From Eledone cirrhosa (taxonomy: Eukaryota): a stretch of 64,000 nt of DNA. Where the stretch lies: NCBI GenBank assembly GCA_964016885.1, contig OZ024740.1, forward strand, positions 114,762,001-114,826,000, given 5' to 3'. Below the pieces are notes generated by a model. It searched no databases. It worked only from the letters and a program-made list of their open reading frames with translations, and was not told the DNA's origin. Below, piece by piece: positions 27,301-39,700 of the stretch. A program made the position numbers and the translations under genes. Position 1 is the stretch's first letter; each line of letters starts with the position of its first letter.

Positions 27301-27815
27301 AAACGCCTGAGCAGGTTGGTGAGGCTCTTGCACCCTCCACCCCTATCCGCTAATCCCACACAGTCCCAGCGTGCATCTAAGATCCCGTTCCAGTCGCCCA
27401 CTAACACTAAAGAGCGGGACATTCCAAGAAAGGTCTCCAGACGCCGGAAGAAATCAGGCCGCCCTGCTCCTGTCGGGGCATAGACGGCCACTAGCCTGAA
27501 AGCTTGCCCGTCTCCGCTGGTCACGTCCAGCACCACCAGCTTACCCTCTGGGTCCAGGAAGATGGCCCGTATGGCGAGATCCAAACCTCTCCGAAAAAGC
27601 ACAGCAACTCCTCCACCCGATCCAGGACGGCTGGGAGATACGTACACATCGTAGCCGACGAAGATCGGTGCGAAGGCCCGTGCTTCGGAGATTCTGGTCT
27701 CGCTGATGGCCACTACATCTATGTTTAGTGACCTGAGGTCGTTGAGCAGGTGACCCTGCTTCCATGACGACCCCAAGCCACGCGCATTTATGCTGCCTAT
27801 TCTGAGTGAGGTCAT
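24396..27815 (-). CDS. ORF2: APE endonuclease, reverse transcriptase and C-terminal zinc finger (1139 aa, open)
   Basis: SINARGL, VAISET, VYAP, GDWN, SYLDR, TDH (APE); KSPGLDG, FRPITLLN, KAFDRV, QGCPLS, YADD (RT); CPRC...ETVLHALVQC. Confidence 0.97.
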   Translation of the reverse strand: MTSLRIGSINARGLGSSWKQGHLLNDLRSLNIDVVAISETRISEARAFAPIFVGYDVYVSPSRPGSGGGVAVLFRRGLDLAIRAIFLDPEGKLVVLDVTSGDGQAFRLVAVYAPTGAGRPDFFRRLETFLGMSRSLVLVGDWNGILDARWDCVGLADRGGGCKSLTNLLRRFELSDRYRLDFPNVPMWTWTNRIGSSRSYLDRVFCREIDRSSIGCPQFKIVSYTDHKFVICVLDLDRLHRRGPGYWKLNASLPARKAYRDRISELVKRALTGAIVNNKWWFALKRAIRIESIRFSKALAIEKNRAEGELVRKLDEALSKGIATDVLAAKLALDQFFNAKHEGCVVRARVRALRHEGTKAVQWARVAEARRGNKATIRSLVDHDGRMLLDPGQMCEAFQRHFAQLFGGSGGPGRGMDFSVYLDGLPRLSATEAKCCEKPITAAEVREAMTGCTRGKSPGLDGLPYELYVQMPDLFGGLLADVYCNWQQNGRIPSSVSRGAVALLRKDPNKGDNIDNFRPITLLNTEFKILAKVLAKRLALVVGGLVGEAQTCTNPDRSIHDNLHLMRYIIETVAKEPGTGGSLINLDQSKAFDRVDQRYLAAVLRAAGFGPVFRGWIAAMHSDICSVVRVNGHLSEPFNIMRSVRQGCPLSSLLYVLTLEPLLHKLETLRGVLRELGCGRSGSAYADDVTVVVSNAKHIEAIGTTLREYEAVTGAMINQEKSVGLQLGTWRGRSMPSNSVVGRWTDGPVKLLGVWFGPDLQTDKNCDEVTSRVASLTQKWAERKLSLKGRAEVANAYIASVICYRLTVVPCPKPRLTALERLLFRFLWKGRAPMVRRSICCQHPLRGGLGMPWLMMRRHALRLRHLHLFLDGDQVWSPFARRVFPQLVSLTELQSWVKRRPRGSAWRLECLQALTALDQSGSVIGGNSTSAFYRGLVEGKSDDVLGETLGVDENQLANLFGRTFGPGPMDNFQKSLAWQCYRGALPVRDKLYRHGGAVSRACPRCAQGDETVLHALVQCPKIADLWVYVEHLLSRLGRIQLSSESIVRIAPPSSFSREGQAVFICLVAMAKEIVWWTRLKALKTSTYLFGDALIDFFKFHLKRKIRVEREVLSSQHFVERWVREARMARVNGPTLSIYL

Positions 27816-27849
27816 GTTTAAATAGAGTGGAAAAGATGGGAAAGACCAC

Positions 27850-29945
27850 TTACCGTACTTTTGGTAGAGGAGGGATGGTTTTTACATCCCTTTTCACTTG
27901 ATCGTCTGGTGAAGGGACCGTTGAATCGTCCCTTCGGCTGGTCGTCGGCTCTTCTAAGAGAATGTCTGAATATACTCTTCGATTGATGGTTCCTCCTAGG
28001 TCCCTGAAATCACCAACTGCGTTGGGGAATTTCGTTTTAATGTTTGTGTATTGTTTCTGTGCTATTTTTAGCAGTCTTATGTTAGTTGGCGTTTTGATTG
28101 GTGCTGGTATTATGTAGTCCTGTTGTGAAATGTCTGTGTGTTCAATTATGTAAGTCATTAGTTTCTTGTTGTGTGTGTTTATTGCCGTGCATTTGTTTTT
28201 CTGGGGGTGGGGTGTGGTTCTGCTATTTTCTTGTCGTTGTTGCTGGGTGTGTGTGTTTTGTTGTTGTGTTTGCGATGTTGGTGCTTGTGGTGGTGGTGTT
28301 GAAGGTGTTGTTGGCGGTGGGGTTGTCGCCGGTGGTGATGGTGGTGCTGGTGTGGGTGGTGATGGTGTTGGTGGTGTTGCTGCTGTGGGTCTCTTTGCAG
28401 TAGACTTTACCCTTTTCTCATTTCTTTCCTCCCTTTTCAAAGGCGACGATGCGCTGCTTCTGCGTTTGTGCCTTCTTGCGACCTTTTGCCATCCCTCTCC
28501 CACCTCACACTCCATGTCTGATTCTGTAAGGTCGGGGAGGGGTACCAGCTCCACTCTTTCACTTGTTGTTGTTGGTGATGTTTGCACTGGAGTCTCTGTT
28601 GCAGCTGCATTTGGTATTGCTGTTGTTGTTGTTAATATTTCCACTGCTGCTGCTGTCTTTGATTTCCGTGGAGTGGGTATGGGTGCCACGGCCCTATCGT
28701 TCCTGGTTGCCGCTTGTCCTGTTGCTGGTAGCCGTGGAACCGGATTCGGAAGGAGGGGGGTTTTCTCCTTTCTCAGGGTCTTCTCGTTGCAGAAGGCCCT
28801 GAGGTGAGTCTTCGATCCACAGCGAAAGCATTTCGGGCGTTTGCCCTCAACACTTATGGGCAGTTGAGTGCCGTTATCGAAGTCTATCACATCCGGGATA
28901 GCTTCGATGCACTCCTGGTTGGTTTGGATTAGCATCTCAATGGAGGAGCCGACCCAATCTTCTCTTACTTTTTTCTGTACTTGCAGTACAGTTGTTTTGT
29001 CCTCGATTCCGACGAGGACAGACGCGGCCAGCCAAGAAGGGGTCATTCCGGGGGGGACGTGGGTCAGTTTGACCCTCACAATTTTTTGCCCGCAGTAGGA
29101 GGGCACCAACACCATTTCCTCGCTCCTTAGGGTCACTACTGATTGGGCCTTTGCCTCCTGGGGTGTGGCAAAAAGTACGTCTACGGTGGCATATTTTTTG
29201 CCTCGGGTGAGTGCGTTTTCCTCTGCCACACAGACCCCAAGGCTTTTTGTATTTGGGCCTCTGTGACTCTTTCCACCCTACGGGATTTTGTTCTTACTGT
29301 ACGGTACGTGACCGTACAGTGCTCTTGGGTTTCGAAAAATTTTTCCCCTGCCTTGCAGATTGCTCGGTGTCCCTTCTTTGTCACCATCTTCTTCGCTTCC
29401 TCTAATTCCTCATTTGTTATGAGGATTGTTTCCAAGTTTTTCGCAATACCTGCAAATGAGATTGGTTTTTCTCTGCTGTTGTTGTTGTCGTCAGAGCTGC
29501 TGGTACTTTTGTTGTTGCTGCAGGTACTACGACTACTGCCTCCGCCGCTGTTGCTGTGGTTGTTGTTGGTGTTGCTGCTGCTAATGCTGTTGTTGTTTAT
29601 GCTGCTGGTGATGCTGTTGCGGCTGCTACTGTTGTTTTCATTGTCACTGTTGCTGTTGTTATTACGGCTGCTACTGCTATTATTCCTGACGTCAGACGAA
29701 TGAACTGGGTTTTCGTATTTCCCGCACACCTGTTTCGTCGCTGTCGTCGTCGTCGTGGAGAAACCTTGCACGCTTTGCACGAGACTTTTCTTTTCTTTCG
29801 TCACTTGCGAAAGAGAAGGGAGGGAGAGAGACACATTTAAAGAAGGGAGGGAGAGAGACAATCTTCTCTCTGCTGTAGTGATGATTGAGGAAGAAGAAGA
29901 TGGAATGAGTGGGAGTGACATATGAAATTTCTTTTTCGTAGCCAT
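27850..29945 (-). pseudogene. ORF1 (gag-like, CCHC zinc knuckle) split by a 1-bp deletion
   Basis: gggtga-gtgcg at 29210/29211 versus gggtgatgtgcg in the other copies; CFRCGSKTHLRAFC knuckle present. Confidence 0.9.
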
Positions 29946-30198
29946 GTTGTTTTTTGTTTAAAATGAATATTGGGTACAAAACCCCAATAACTGGTTATTT
30001 AACTCCGAAGGGCCAAATAACGGACAGAAAGACCCCTCTCACGAGGAGGAGGGTGTCTTTATCAACAATTTGGTTCAAGTTTTAAACAATTTACAATTGT
30101 TTTAACGGTTAAAAATTACTATACCTTACAGAGCCGAGCCTCCGTCAACCATGGCATTCAATAATAATAATAATAACAATAATAATAATAATAATAAT

Positions 30199-30381
30199 TG
30201 TTTCTACTTTAGGCACAAGGCCAGCAATTACCAGTGCATTACTGGTACTTTATTTTATCGACCCCGTAAGGATGAAAGGCAAAGTCAACCTCGGCGGGAT
30301 TTGAACTCAGATGGTAAAGGGACGTAACTACGCTGGAAAGCATGGCGTCCGACCCTCTACCGATACTGCCAATCCACCGCC
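30199..30381 (-). mobile_element. Young tRNA-derived SINE between Tx1 copies 1 and 2
   Basis: ggcggtggattggcagtatcggtagagggtcgg...gagttcaaatcccgcc...gcctttcatccttacggggtcgataaaataaagtaccag...cctaaagtagaaaca(att)n. Confidence 0.92.
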
Positions 30382-30668
30382 CTTTATAATAATAATAATA
30401 ATAATGATTTCTTTATTAACCACAAGGGTTTACATAAAGTAGACATTAAGGACAGTGCAGGACAATGCAGCACGGTACAAATGGGCATTTCTGCGTGTAA
30501 AAAAACAAAAACAGAGGATGTAACAAAAATAACAATGAAAATAACAATGAAAAATTCCCCAATAGGGGGGGAGACTTCGGAGGGACATTTGTGGAGAAAG
30601 CCCAGTAAAAAGCCACAATGACCCTGACCACCAAGGCAAGTGCCCTCTCCCAGTTTTCCACCTTTAGT

Positions 30669-33600
30669 TTACAGATATATACTCAGAGTCGGCCCATTCA
30701 CTCGGGCCATTCTTGCTTCTCTCACCCATCTTTCAACAAAATGCTGGGAAGAGAGCACTTCCTTCTCTACTCTGATTTTCCTTTTCAAATGAAATTTGAA
30801 AAAGTCAATCAGAGCATCACCGAAGAGGTAAGTGCTCGTCTTCAGCCCTTTCAAACGTGTCCACCATACTATCTCTTTCGCCATGGCCACCAGACAGATA
30901 AAAACTGCCTGCCCTTCCCGGCTAAAGGAGGAGGGCGGGGCAATCCTCACGATAGACTCAGATGATAGCTGGATCCGTCCTAAACGCGACAGCAGGTGTT
31001 CGACATAAACCCACAAGTCAGCAATTTTCGGACACTGGACGAGTGCGTGCAGGACGGTTTCGTCGCCCTGCGCGCATCTCGGACATGCACGGCTGACGGC
31101 ACCTCCATGCCTGTAGAGTTTATCCCGAACTGGCAAGGCTCCTCGATAGCACTGCCAGGCCAGAGATTTCTGGAAGTTGTCCATAGGCCCTGGCCCGAAA
31201 GTTCTTCCGAAGAGATTGGCTAGTTGATTTTCGTCGACGCCTAGAGTTTCCCCAAGTACGTCGTCGCTCTTCCCCTCCACTAATCCTCTATAGAACGCCG
31301 AGGTGGAGTTTCCACCGATCACATTGCCCGATTGGTCGAGGGCTGTGAGCGCCTGAAGACATTCCAGTCTCCAGGCGCTCCCTCTCGGTCTTCGCTTGAC
31401 CCAGGACTGCAGCTCCGTCAAGGAAACGAGCTGGGGAAAAACGCGTCTAGCAAACGGCGACCACACCTGATCACCGTCGAGGAAGAGGTGGAGATGTCGT
31501 AGCCTGAGCGCGTGCCTGCGCATCATCAGCCACGGCATGCCCAGCCCTCCACGTAGCGGGTGTTGACAACAGATGGACCGCCTGACCATCGGAGCACGTC
31601 CCTTCCACAAAAAGCGAAAGAGCAAACGCTCCAGCGCAGTCAGGCGAGGCTTAGGACAAGGTACGACGGTTAGGCGGTAGCAGATGACAGACGCGATGTA
31701 CGCGTTAGCCACCTCCGCTCGACCTTTCAGGGATAGCTTCCTCTCCGCCCATTTCTGGGTGAGAGAAGCCACCCTGCTCGTCACCTCGTCCCAGTTTTTG
31801 TCCGTCTGGAGGTCCGGACCGAACCAGACCCCTAGCAATTTAACCGGTCCGTCCGTCCAGCGCCCGACGACGCTGTTGGACGGCATGGACCTGCCTCTCC
31901 AGGTGCCGAGCTGCAGGCCCACTGACTTTTCCTGGTTGATCATTGCTCCTGTCACCGCTTCGTATTCTCTTAGTGTAGTGCCGATCGCCTCGATGTGTTT
32001 GGCGTTCGACACCACTACGGTGACATCGTCCGCATATGCTGACACGGATCTTCCGCAACCTAGTTCGCGCGGGACTCCCCTCAACGTCTCCAGTTTGTGC
32101 AGTAATGGCTCGAGAGTCAATACGTACAAGAGGGACGAGAGGGGACATCCTTGGCGGACCGAGCGCATGATGTTGAACGGTTCCGACAGGTGACCGTTCA
32201 CTCTCACTACAGAGCAGATGTCGCTGTGCATGGCAGCGATCCAGCCTCTGAAGACGGGCCCAAAGCCAGCCGCCCTCAGGACTGCCGCTAGGTAACGATG
32301 GTCGACCCTATCGAAAGCTTTCGACTGATCTAAATTGATCAAGGACCCACCCGTGCCAGGTTCCCTAGCTACCCTCTCTACGATGTATCGCATGAGGTGG
32401 AGGTTGTCGTGGATGGATCTGTCGGGAATGGCGCATGTCTGCGCCTCTCCCACCAGACCACCAACGACAAGCGCCAACCTCTTTGCTAGCACCTTGGCCA
32501 AAATCTTAAACTCTGTGTTTAGCAGAGTTATGGGCCGGAAATTGTCTATGTTATCCCCCTTGTTTGGATCCTTTCTCAGCAGTGCCACCGCTCCTCGGCT
32601 CACAGAACTGGGAATTCTCCCGTTCTGTTGCCAGTTGCAGTAGACGTCCGCCAAGAGGCCTCCGAACAAGTCTGGCATCTGTACGTAAAGTTCATAGGGC
32701 AGACCATCCAAACCAGGCGATTTACCCCTTGTGCAGCCAGTCATTGCCTCCCGTACTTCAGCGGCTGTTATCGGCTTTTCGCAACACTTCGCCTCAGTGG
32801 CCGAGAGCCGCGGCAGTCCGTCGAGGTAGACACTAAAGTCCATCCCTCTACCCGGCCCCCCGCTGCCCCCGAACAGCTGAGCGAAGTGTCGCTGAAAAGC
32901 TTCACACATTTGCCCGGGATCGAGTAGCATGCGCCCGTCGTGGTCCACCAAAGACCGGATCGTGGCTTTGTTGCCACGACGCGCCTACGCCACTCGGGCC
33001 CATTGAACGGCTTTCGTCCCCTCGTGTCTGAGAGCACGCACCCTAGCTCTGACAACGCAGCCTTCGTGCTTTGCATTGAAGAATTGGTCAAGGGCCAATT
33101 TCGCCGCAAGCACGTCGGTCGCAATGCCTTTGCTAAGCGCCTCGTCTAATTTTCTAACTAGTTCTCCCTCTGCTCTATTTTTCTCTATTGCTAAAGCCTT
33201 ACTAAACCTAATCAATTCTATTCTAATCGCTCTTTTCAGAGCAAACCACCACTTGTTGCTGACGATGGCCCCCGTCAACGCCCGCTTAACTAGTTCGCTA
33301 ATCCGGTCTCTGTAGGCCTTGCGCGCTGGTAAGGACGCGTTTAGCTTCCAGTAGCCGGGTCCTCGTCTATGAAGCCTATCTAAGTCAAGCACACGGGTCA
33401 CGAATTTGTGGTCCGTGTAGCTGACTATCTTGAATTGTGGACAGCCTATGCTAGACCTATCTATTTCCCTACAAAATACTCTATCTAGATATGATCTGGA
33501 TGACCCTATGCGGTTTGTCCAAGTCCACATTGGCACATTTGGGAAATCCAATCGGTACCTGTCAGACAGTTCAAAACGCCTGAGCAGGTTGGTGAGGCTC

Positions 33601-34088
33601 TTGCACCCTCCACCCCTATCCGTTAATCCCACACAGTCCCAGCGTGCATCTAAGATCCCGTTCCAGTCGCCCACTAACACTAAAGAGCGGGACGTTCCAA
33701 GAAAGGTCTCCAGACGCCGGAAGAAATCAGGCCGCCCTGCTCCTGTCGGGGCATAGACGGCCACTAGCCTGAAAGCTTGCCCGTCTCCGCTGGTCACGTC
33801 CAGCACCACCAGCTTACCCTCTGGGTCCAGGAAGATGGCCCGTATGGCGAGATCCAAACCTCTCCGAAAAAGCACAGCAACTCCTCCACCCGATCCAGGA
33901 CGGCTGGGAGATGCGTACACATCGTAGCCGCCGAAGATCGGTGCGAAGGCCCGTGCTTCGGAGATTCTGGTCTCGGTGATGGCCACTACATCTATGTTTA
34001 GTGACCTGAGGTCGTTGAGCAGGTGACCCTGCTTCCATGACGACCCCAAGCCACGCGCATTTATGCTGCCTATTCTGAGTGAGGTCAT
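30669..34088 (-). pseudogene. ORF2 with premature stop (GAG>TAG at 32985-32987)
   Basis: 367 aa and 760 aa ORFs in the same frame; gcgcctacgcc versus gcgcctccgcc in the other copies. Confidence 0.92.
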
Positions 34089-34123
34089 GTTTAAAATAGA
34101 GTGGAAAAGATGGGAAAGACCAC

Positions 34124-36202
34124 TTACCGTACTTTTGGTAGAGGAGGGATGGATTTTACATCCCTTTTCACTTGATCGTCTGGTGAAGGGACCGTTGAAT
34201 CGTCCCTTCGGCTGGTCGTCGGCTCTTCTAAGAGAATGTCTGAGTATACTCTTCGATTGATGGTTCCTCCTAGGTCCCTGAAATCACCAACTGCGTTGGG
34301 GAATTTCGTTTTAATGTTTGTGTATTGTTTCTGTGCTATTTTTAGCAGTCTTATGTTAGTTGGCGTTTTGATTGGTGCTGGTATTATGTAGTCCTGTTGT
34401 GAAATGTCTGTGTGTTCAATTATGTAAGTCATTAGTTTCTTGTTGTGTGTATTTATTGCCGTGCATTTGTTTTTCTGGGGGTGGGGTGTGGTTCTACTAT
34501 TTTCTTGTCGTTGTTGCTGGGTGTGTGTGTTTTGTTGTTGTGTTTGCGATGTTGGTGCTTGTGGTGGTGGTGTTAAAGGTGTTGTTGGCGGTGGTGATGG
34601 TGGTGCTAGTGTGGGTGGTGATGGTGATGGTGTTGTTGCTGCTGTGGGTCTCTTTGCAGTAGACTTTACCCTTTTCTCATTTCTTTCCTCCCTTTTCAAA
34701 GGCGACGATGCGCTGCTTCTGCGTTTGTGCCTTCTTACGACCTTTTGCCATCCCTCTCCCACCTCACACTCCATGTCTGATTCTGTGAGGTCGGGGAGGG
34801 GTACCAGCTCCACTCTTTCACTTGTTGTTGGTGATGTTTGCACTGGAGTCTCTGTTGCAGCTGCATTTGGTATTGCTGTTGTTGTTGTTAATATTTCCAC
34901 TGCTGCTGCTGTTTTTGATTTCCGTGGAGTGGGTATGGGTGCCACGGACCTATCGTTCCTGGTTGCCGCTTGTCCTGTTGCTGGTAGCCGTGGAGCCGGA
35001 TTCGGAAGGAGGGGGGTTTTCTCCTTTCTCAGGGTCTTCTCGTTGCAGAAGGCCCTGAGGTGAGTCTTCGATCCACAGCGAAAGCATTTCGGGCGTTTGC
35101 CCTCAACACTTATGGGCAGTTGAGTGCCGTTATCGAAGTCTATCACATCCGGGATAGCTTCGATGCACTCCTGGTTGGTTTGGATTAGCATCTCAATGGA
35201 GGAGCCGACCCAATCTTCTCTTACTTTTTTCTGTACTTGCAGTACAGTTGTTTTGTCCTCAATTCCGACGAGGACAGACGCGGCCAGCCAAGAAGGGGTC
35301 ATTCCGGGGGGGACGTGGGTTAGTTTGACCCTCACAATTTTTTGCCCACAGTAGGAGGGCACCAACACCATTTCCTCGCTCCTTAGGGTCACTACTGATT
35401 GGGCCTTTGCCTCCTGGGGTGTGGCAAAAAGTACGTCTACGGTGGCATATTTTTTGCCTCGGGTGATGTGCGTTTTCCGCTGCCACACAGACACCAAGGC
35501 TTTTTGTATTTGGGCCTCTGTGGCTCTTTCCACCCTACGGGATTTTGTACTTACTGTACGGTACGTGACCGTACAGTGCTCTTGGGTTTCGAAAAATTTT
35601 TCCGCTGCCTTGCAGATTGCTCGGTGTCCGTTCTTTGTAGCCATCTTCTTCGCTTCCTCTAATTCCTCATTTGTTATGAGGATTGTTTCCAAGTTTTTCG
35701 CAATACCTGCAAATGAGATTGGTTTTTCTCTGCTGTTGTTGTTGTCGTCAGAGCTGCTGGTACTTTTGTTGTTGCTGCAGGTACTACGACTACTGCCTCC
35801 GCCGCTGTTGCTGTGGTTGTTGTTGGTGTTGCTGCTGCTAATGCTGTTGTTGTTTATGCTGCTGGTGATGCTGTTGCGGCTGCTACTGTTGTTTTCATTG
35901 TCACTGTTGCTGTTGTTATTACGGCTGCTACTGCTATTATTCCTGACGTCAGACGAATGAACTGGGTTTTCGTATTTCCTGCACACCTGTTTCGTCGCTG
36001 TCGTCGTCGTCGTGGAGAAACTTTGCACGCTTTGCACGAGACTTTTCTTTTCTTTCGTCACTTGCGAAAGAGAAGGGAGGGAGAGAGACACATTTAAAGA
36101 AGGGAGGGAGAGAGACAATCTTCTCTCTGCTGTAGTGATGATTGAGGAAGAAGAAGACGGAATGAGTGGGAGTGACGTATGAAATTTCTTTTTCGTAGCC
36201 AT
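34124..36202 (-). CDS. ORF1 (692 aa, CCHC knuckle, N/S-rich and P/T/Q-rich low-complexity regions)
   Basis: Open frame with C-x2-C-x4-H-x4-C; short in-frame deletion in the Pro-rich tract. Confidence 0.92.
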   Translation of the reverse strand: MATKKKFHTSLPLIPSSSSSIITTAERRLSLSLPSLNVSLSLPSLSQVTKEKKSLVQSVQSFSTTTTTATKQVCRKYENPVHSSDVRNNSSSSRNNNSNSDNENNSSSRNSITSSINNNSISSSNTNNNHSNSGGGSSRSTCSNNKSTSSSDDNNNSREKPISFAGIAKNLETILITNEELEEAKKMATKNGHRAICKAAEKFFETQEHCTVTYRTVSTKSRRVERATEAQIQKALVSVWQRKTHITRGKKYATVDVLFATPQEAKAQSVVTLRSEEMVLVPSYCGQKIVRVKLTHVPPGMTPSWLAASVLVGIEDKTTVLQVQKKVREDWVGSSIEMLIQTNQECIEAIPDVIDFDNGTQLPISVEGKRPKCFRCGSKTHLRAFCNEKTLRKEKTPLLPNPAPRLPATGQAATRNDRSVAPIPTPRKSKTAAAVEILTTTTAIPNAAATETPVQTSPTTSERVELVPLPDLTESDMECEVGEGWQKVVRRHKRRSSASSPLKREERNEKRVKSTAKRPTAATTPSPSPPTLAPPSPPPTTPLTPPPQAPTSQTQQQNTHTQQQRQENSRTTPHPQKNKCTAINTHNKKLMTYIIEHTDISQQDYIIPAPIKTPTNIRLLKIAQKQYTNIKTKFPNAVGDFRDLGGTINRRVYSDILLEEPTTSRRDDSTVPSPDDQVKRDVKSIPPLPKVR

Positions 36203-36703
36203 GTTGTTTTTTGTTTAAAATGAATATTGGGTACAAAACCCCAATAACTGGTTATTTAGCCCCGAAGGGCCAAATAACGGACAGAAAGACCCCTCTCACG
36301 AGGAGGAGGGTGTCTTTATCAACAATTTGGTTCAAGTTTTAAACAATTTACAATTGTTTTAACGGTTAAAAATTACTATACCTTACAGAGCCGAGCCTCC
36401 GTCAACCATGGCATTCAATAATAATAATAATAACAATAATGATTTCTTTATTAACCACAAGGGTTTACATAAAGTAGACATTAAGGACAGTGCAGGACAA
36501 TGCAGGACGGTACAAATGGGCATTTCTGCGTGTAAAAAAAACAAAAACAGAGGATGTAACAAAAATAACAATGAAAATAACAATGAAAAATTCCCCAATA
36601 GGGGGGAGACTTCGGAGGGACATTTGTGGAGAAAGCCCAGTAAAAAGCCACAATGACCCTGACCACCAAGGCAAGTGCCCTCTCCCAGTTTTCCACCTTT
36701 AGT

Positions 36704-39700
36704 TTACAGATATATACTCAGAGTCGGCCCATTCACTCGGGCCATTCTTGCTTCTCTCACCCATCTTTCAACAAAATGCTGGGAAGAGAGCACTTCCTTC
36801 TCTACTCTGATTTTCCTTTTCAAATGAAATTTGAAAAAGTCAATCAGAGCATCACCGAAGAGGTAAGTGCTCGTCTTCAGCCCTTTCAAACGTGTCCACC
36901 ATACTATCTCTTTCGCCATGGCCACCAGACAGATAAAAACTGCCTGCCCTTCCCGGCTAAAGGAGGAGGGCGGGGCAATCCTCACGATAGACTCAGATGA
37001 TAGCTGGATCCGTCCTAAACGCGACAGCAGGTGTTCGACATAAACCCACAAGTCAGCAATTTTCGGACACTGGACGAGTGCGTGCAGGACGGTTTCGTCG
37101 CCCTGCGCGCATCTCGGACATGCCCGGCTGACGGCACCTCCATGCCTGTAGAGTTTATCCCGAACTGGCAAGGCTCCTCGGTAGCACTGCCAGGCCAGAG
37201 ATTTCTGGAAGTTGTCCATAGGCCCCGGCCCGAAAGTTCTTCCGAAGAGATTGGCTAGTTGATTTTCGTCGACGCCTAGAGTTTCCCCAAGTACGTCGTC
37301 GCTCTTCCCCTCCACTAATCCTCTATAGAACGCCGAGGTGGAGTTTCCACCGATCACATTGCCCGATTGGTCGAGGGCTGTGAGCGCCTGAAGACATTCC
37401 AGTCTCCAGGCGCTCCCTCTCGGTCTTCGCTTGACCCAGGACTGCAGCTCCGTCAAGGAAACGAGTTGGGGAAAAACGCGTCTAGCAAACGGCGACCACA
37501 CCTGATCACCGTCGAGGAAGAGGTGGAGATGTCGTAGCCTGAGCGCGTGCCTGCGCATCATCAGCCACGGCATGCCCAGCCCTCCACGTAGCGGGTGTTG
37601 ACAACAGATGGACCGCCTGACCATCGGAGCACGTCCCTTCCACAAAAAGCGAAAGAGCAAACGCTCCAGCGCAGTCAGGCGAGGCTTAGGACAAGGTACG
37701 ACGGTTAGGCGGTAGCAGATGACAGACGCGATGTACGCGTTAGCCACCTCCGCTCGACCTTTCAGGGATAGCTTCCTCTCCGCCCATTTCTGGGTGAGAG
37801 AAGCCACCCTGCTCGTCACCTCGTCCCAGTTTTTGTCCATCTGGAGGTCCGGACCGAACCAGACCCCTAGCAATTTAACCGGTCCGTCCGTCCAGCGCCC
37901 GACGACGCTGTTGGACGGCATGGACCTGCCTCTCCAGGTGCCGAGCTGCAGGCCCACTGACTTTTCCTGGTTGATCATTGCTCCTGTCACCGCTTCGTAT
38001 TCTCTTAGTGTAGTGCCGATCGCCTCGATGTGTTTGGCGTTCGACACCACTACGGTGACATCGTCCGCATATGCTGACACGGATCTTCCGCAACCTAGTT
38101 CGCGCGGGACTCCCCTCAACGTCTCCAGTTTGTGCAGTAATGGCTCGAGAGTCAATACGTACAAGAGGGACGAGAGGGGACATCCTTGGCGGACCGAGCG
38201 CATGATGTTGAACGGTTCCGACAGGTGACCGTTCACTCTCACCACAGAGCAGATGTCGCTGTGCATGGCAGCGATCCAGCCTCTGAAGACGGGCCCAAAG
38301 CCAGCCGCCCTCAGGACTGCCGCTAGGTAACGATGGTCGACCCTATCGAAAGCTTTCGACTGATCTAAATTGATCAAGGACCCACCCGTGCCAGGTTCCC
38401 TAGCTACCCTCTCTACGATGTATCGCATGAGGTGGAGGTTGTCGTGGATGGATCTGTCGGGAATGGCGCATGTCTGCGCCTCTCCCACCAGACCACCAAC
38501 GACAAGCGCCAACCTCTTTGCTAGCACCTTGGCCAAAATCTTAAACTCTGTGTTTAGCAGAGTTATGGGCCGGAAATTGTCTATGTTATCCCCCTTGTTC
38601 GGATCCTTTCTCAGCAGTGCCACCGCTACTCGGCTCACAGAACTGGGAATTCTCCCGTTCTGTTGCCAGTTGCAGTAGACGTCCGCCAAGAGGCCTCCGA
38701 ACAAGTCTGGCATCTGTACGTAAAGTTCATAGGGCAGACCATCCAAACCAGGCGATTTACCCCTTGTGCAGCCAGTCATTGCCTCCCTTACTTCAGCGGC
38801 TGTTATCGGCTTTTCGCAACACTTCGCCTCAGTGGCCGAGAGCCGCGGCAGTCCGTCGAGGTAGACACTAAAGTCCATCCCTCTACCCGGCCCACCGCTG
38901 CCCCCGAACAGCTGAGCGAAGTGTCGCTGAAAAGCTTCACACATTTGCCCGGGATCGAGTAGCATGCGCCCGTCGTGGTCCACCAAAGACCGGATCGTGG
39001 CTTTGTTGCCACGACGCGCCTCCGCCACTCGGGCCCATTGAACGGCTTTCGTCCCCTCGTGTCTGAGAGCACGCACCCTAGCTCTGACAACGCAGCCTTC
39101 GTGCTTTGCATTGAAGAATTGGTCAAGGGCCAATTTCGCCGCAAGCACGTCGGTCGCAATGCCTTTGCTAAGCGCCTCGTCTAATTTTCTAACTAGTTCT
39201 CCCTCTGCTCTATTTTTCTCTATTGCTAAAGCCTTACTAAACCTAATCGATTCTATTCTAATCGCTCTTTTCAGAGCAAACCACCACTTGTTGTTGACGA
39301 TGGCCCCCGTCAACGCCCGCTTAACTAGTTCGCTAATCCGGTCTCTGTAGGCCTTGCGCGCTGGTAAGGACGCGTTTAGCTTCCAGTAGCCGGGTCCTCG
39401 TCTATGAAGCCTATCTAAGTCAAGCACACAGATCACGAATTTGTGGTCCGTGTAGCTGACTATCTTGAATTGTGGACAGCCTATGCTAGACCTATCTATT
39501 TCCCTACAAAATACTCTATCTAGATATGATCTGGATGACCCTATGCGGTTTTTCCAAGTCCACATTGGCACATTCGGGAAATCCAATCGGTACCTGTCAG
39601 ACAGTTCAAAACGCCTGAGCAGGTTGGTGAGGCTCTTGCACCCTCCACCCCTATCCGCTAATCCCACACAGTCCCAGCGTGCATCTAAGATCCCGTTCCA

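Larger units (their letters stand above)
24146..30159 (-). mobile_element. Tx1-like (L1 group) non-LTR retrotransposon, copy 1 (full length, ORF1 frameshifted)
   Basis: 5'UTR, ORF1, ORF2 and 3'UTR ending aataaagaaatc(att)n; flanked by (AAT)n. Confidence 0.95.
30406..36416 (-). mobile_element. Tx1-like retrotransposon, copy 2 (full length, ORF2 nonsense)
   Basis: Near-identical to copy 1; bounded by (AAT)n. Confidence 0.95.

Noticed and set aside
28098-29840. Plus-strand hydrophobic ORFs (213 aa, 186 aa and equivalents in each copy)
   Set aside because: Antisense shadows of the low-complexity ORF1 regions, mostly with non-ATG starts and no independent evidence.
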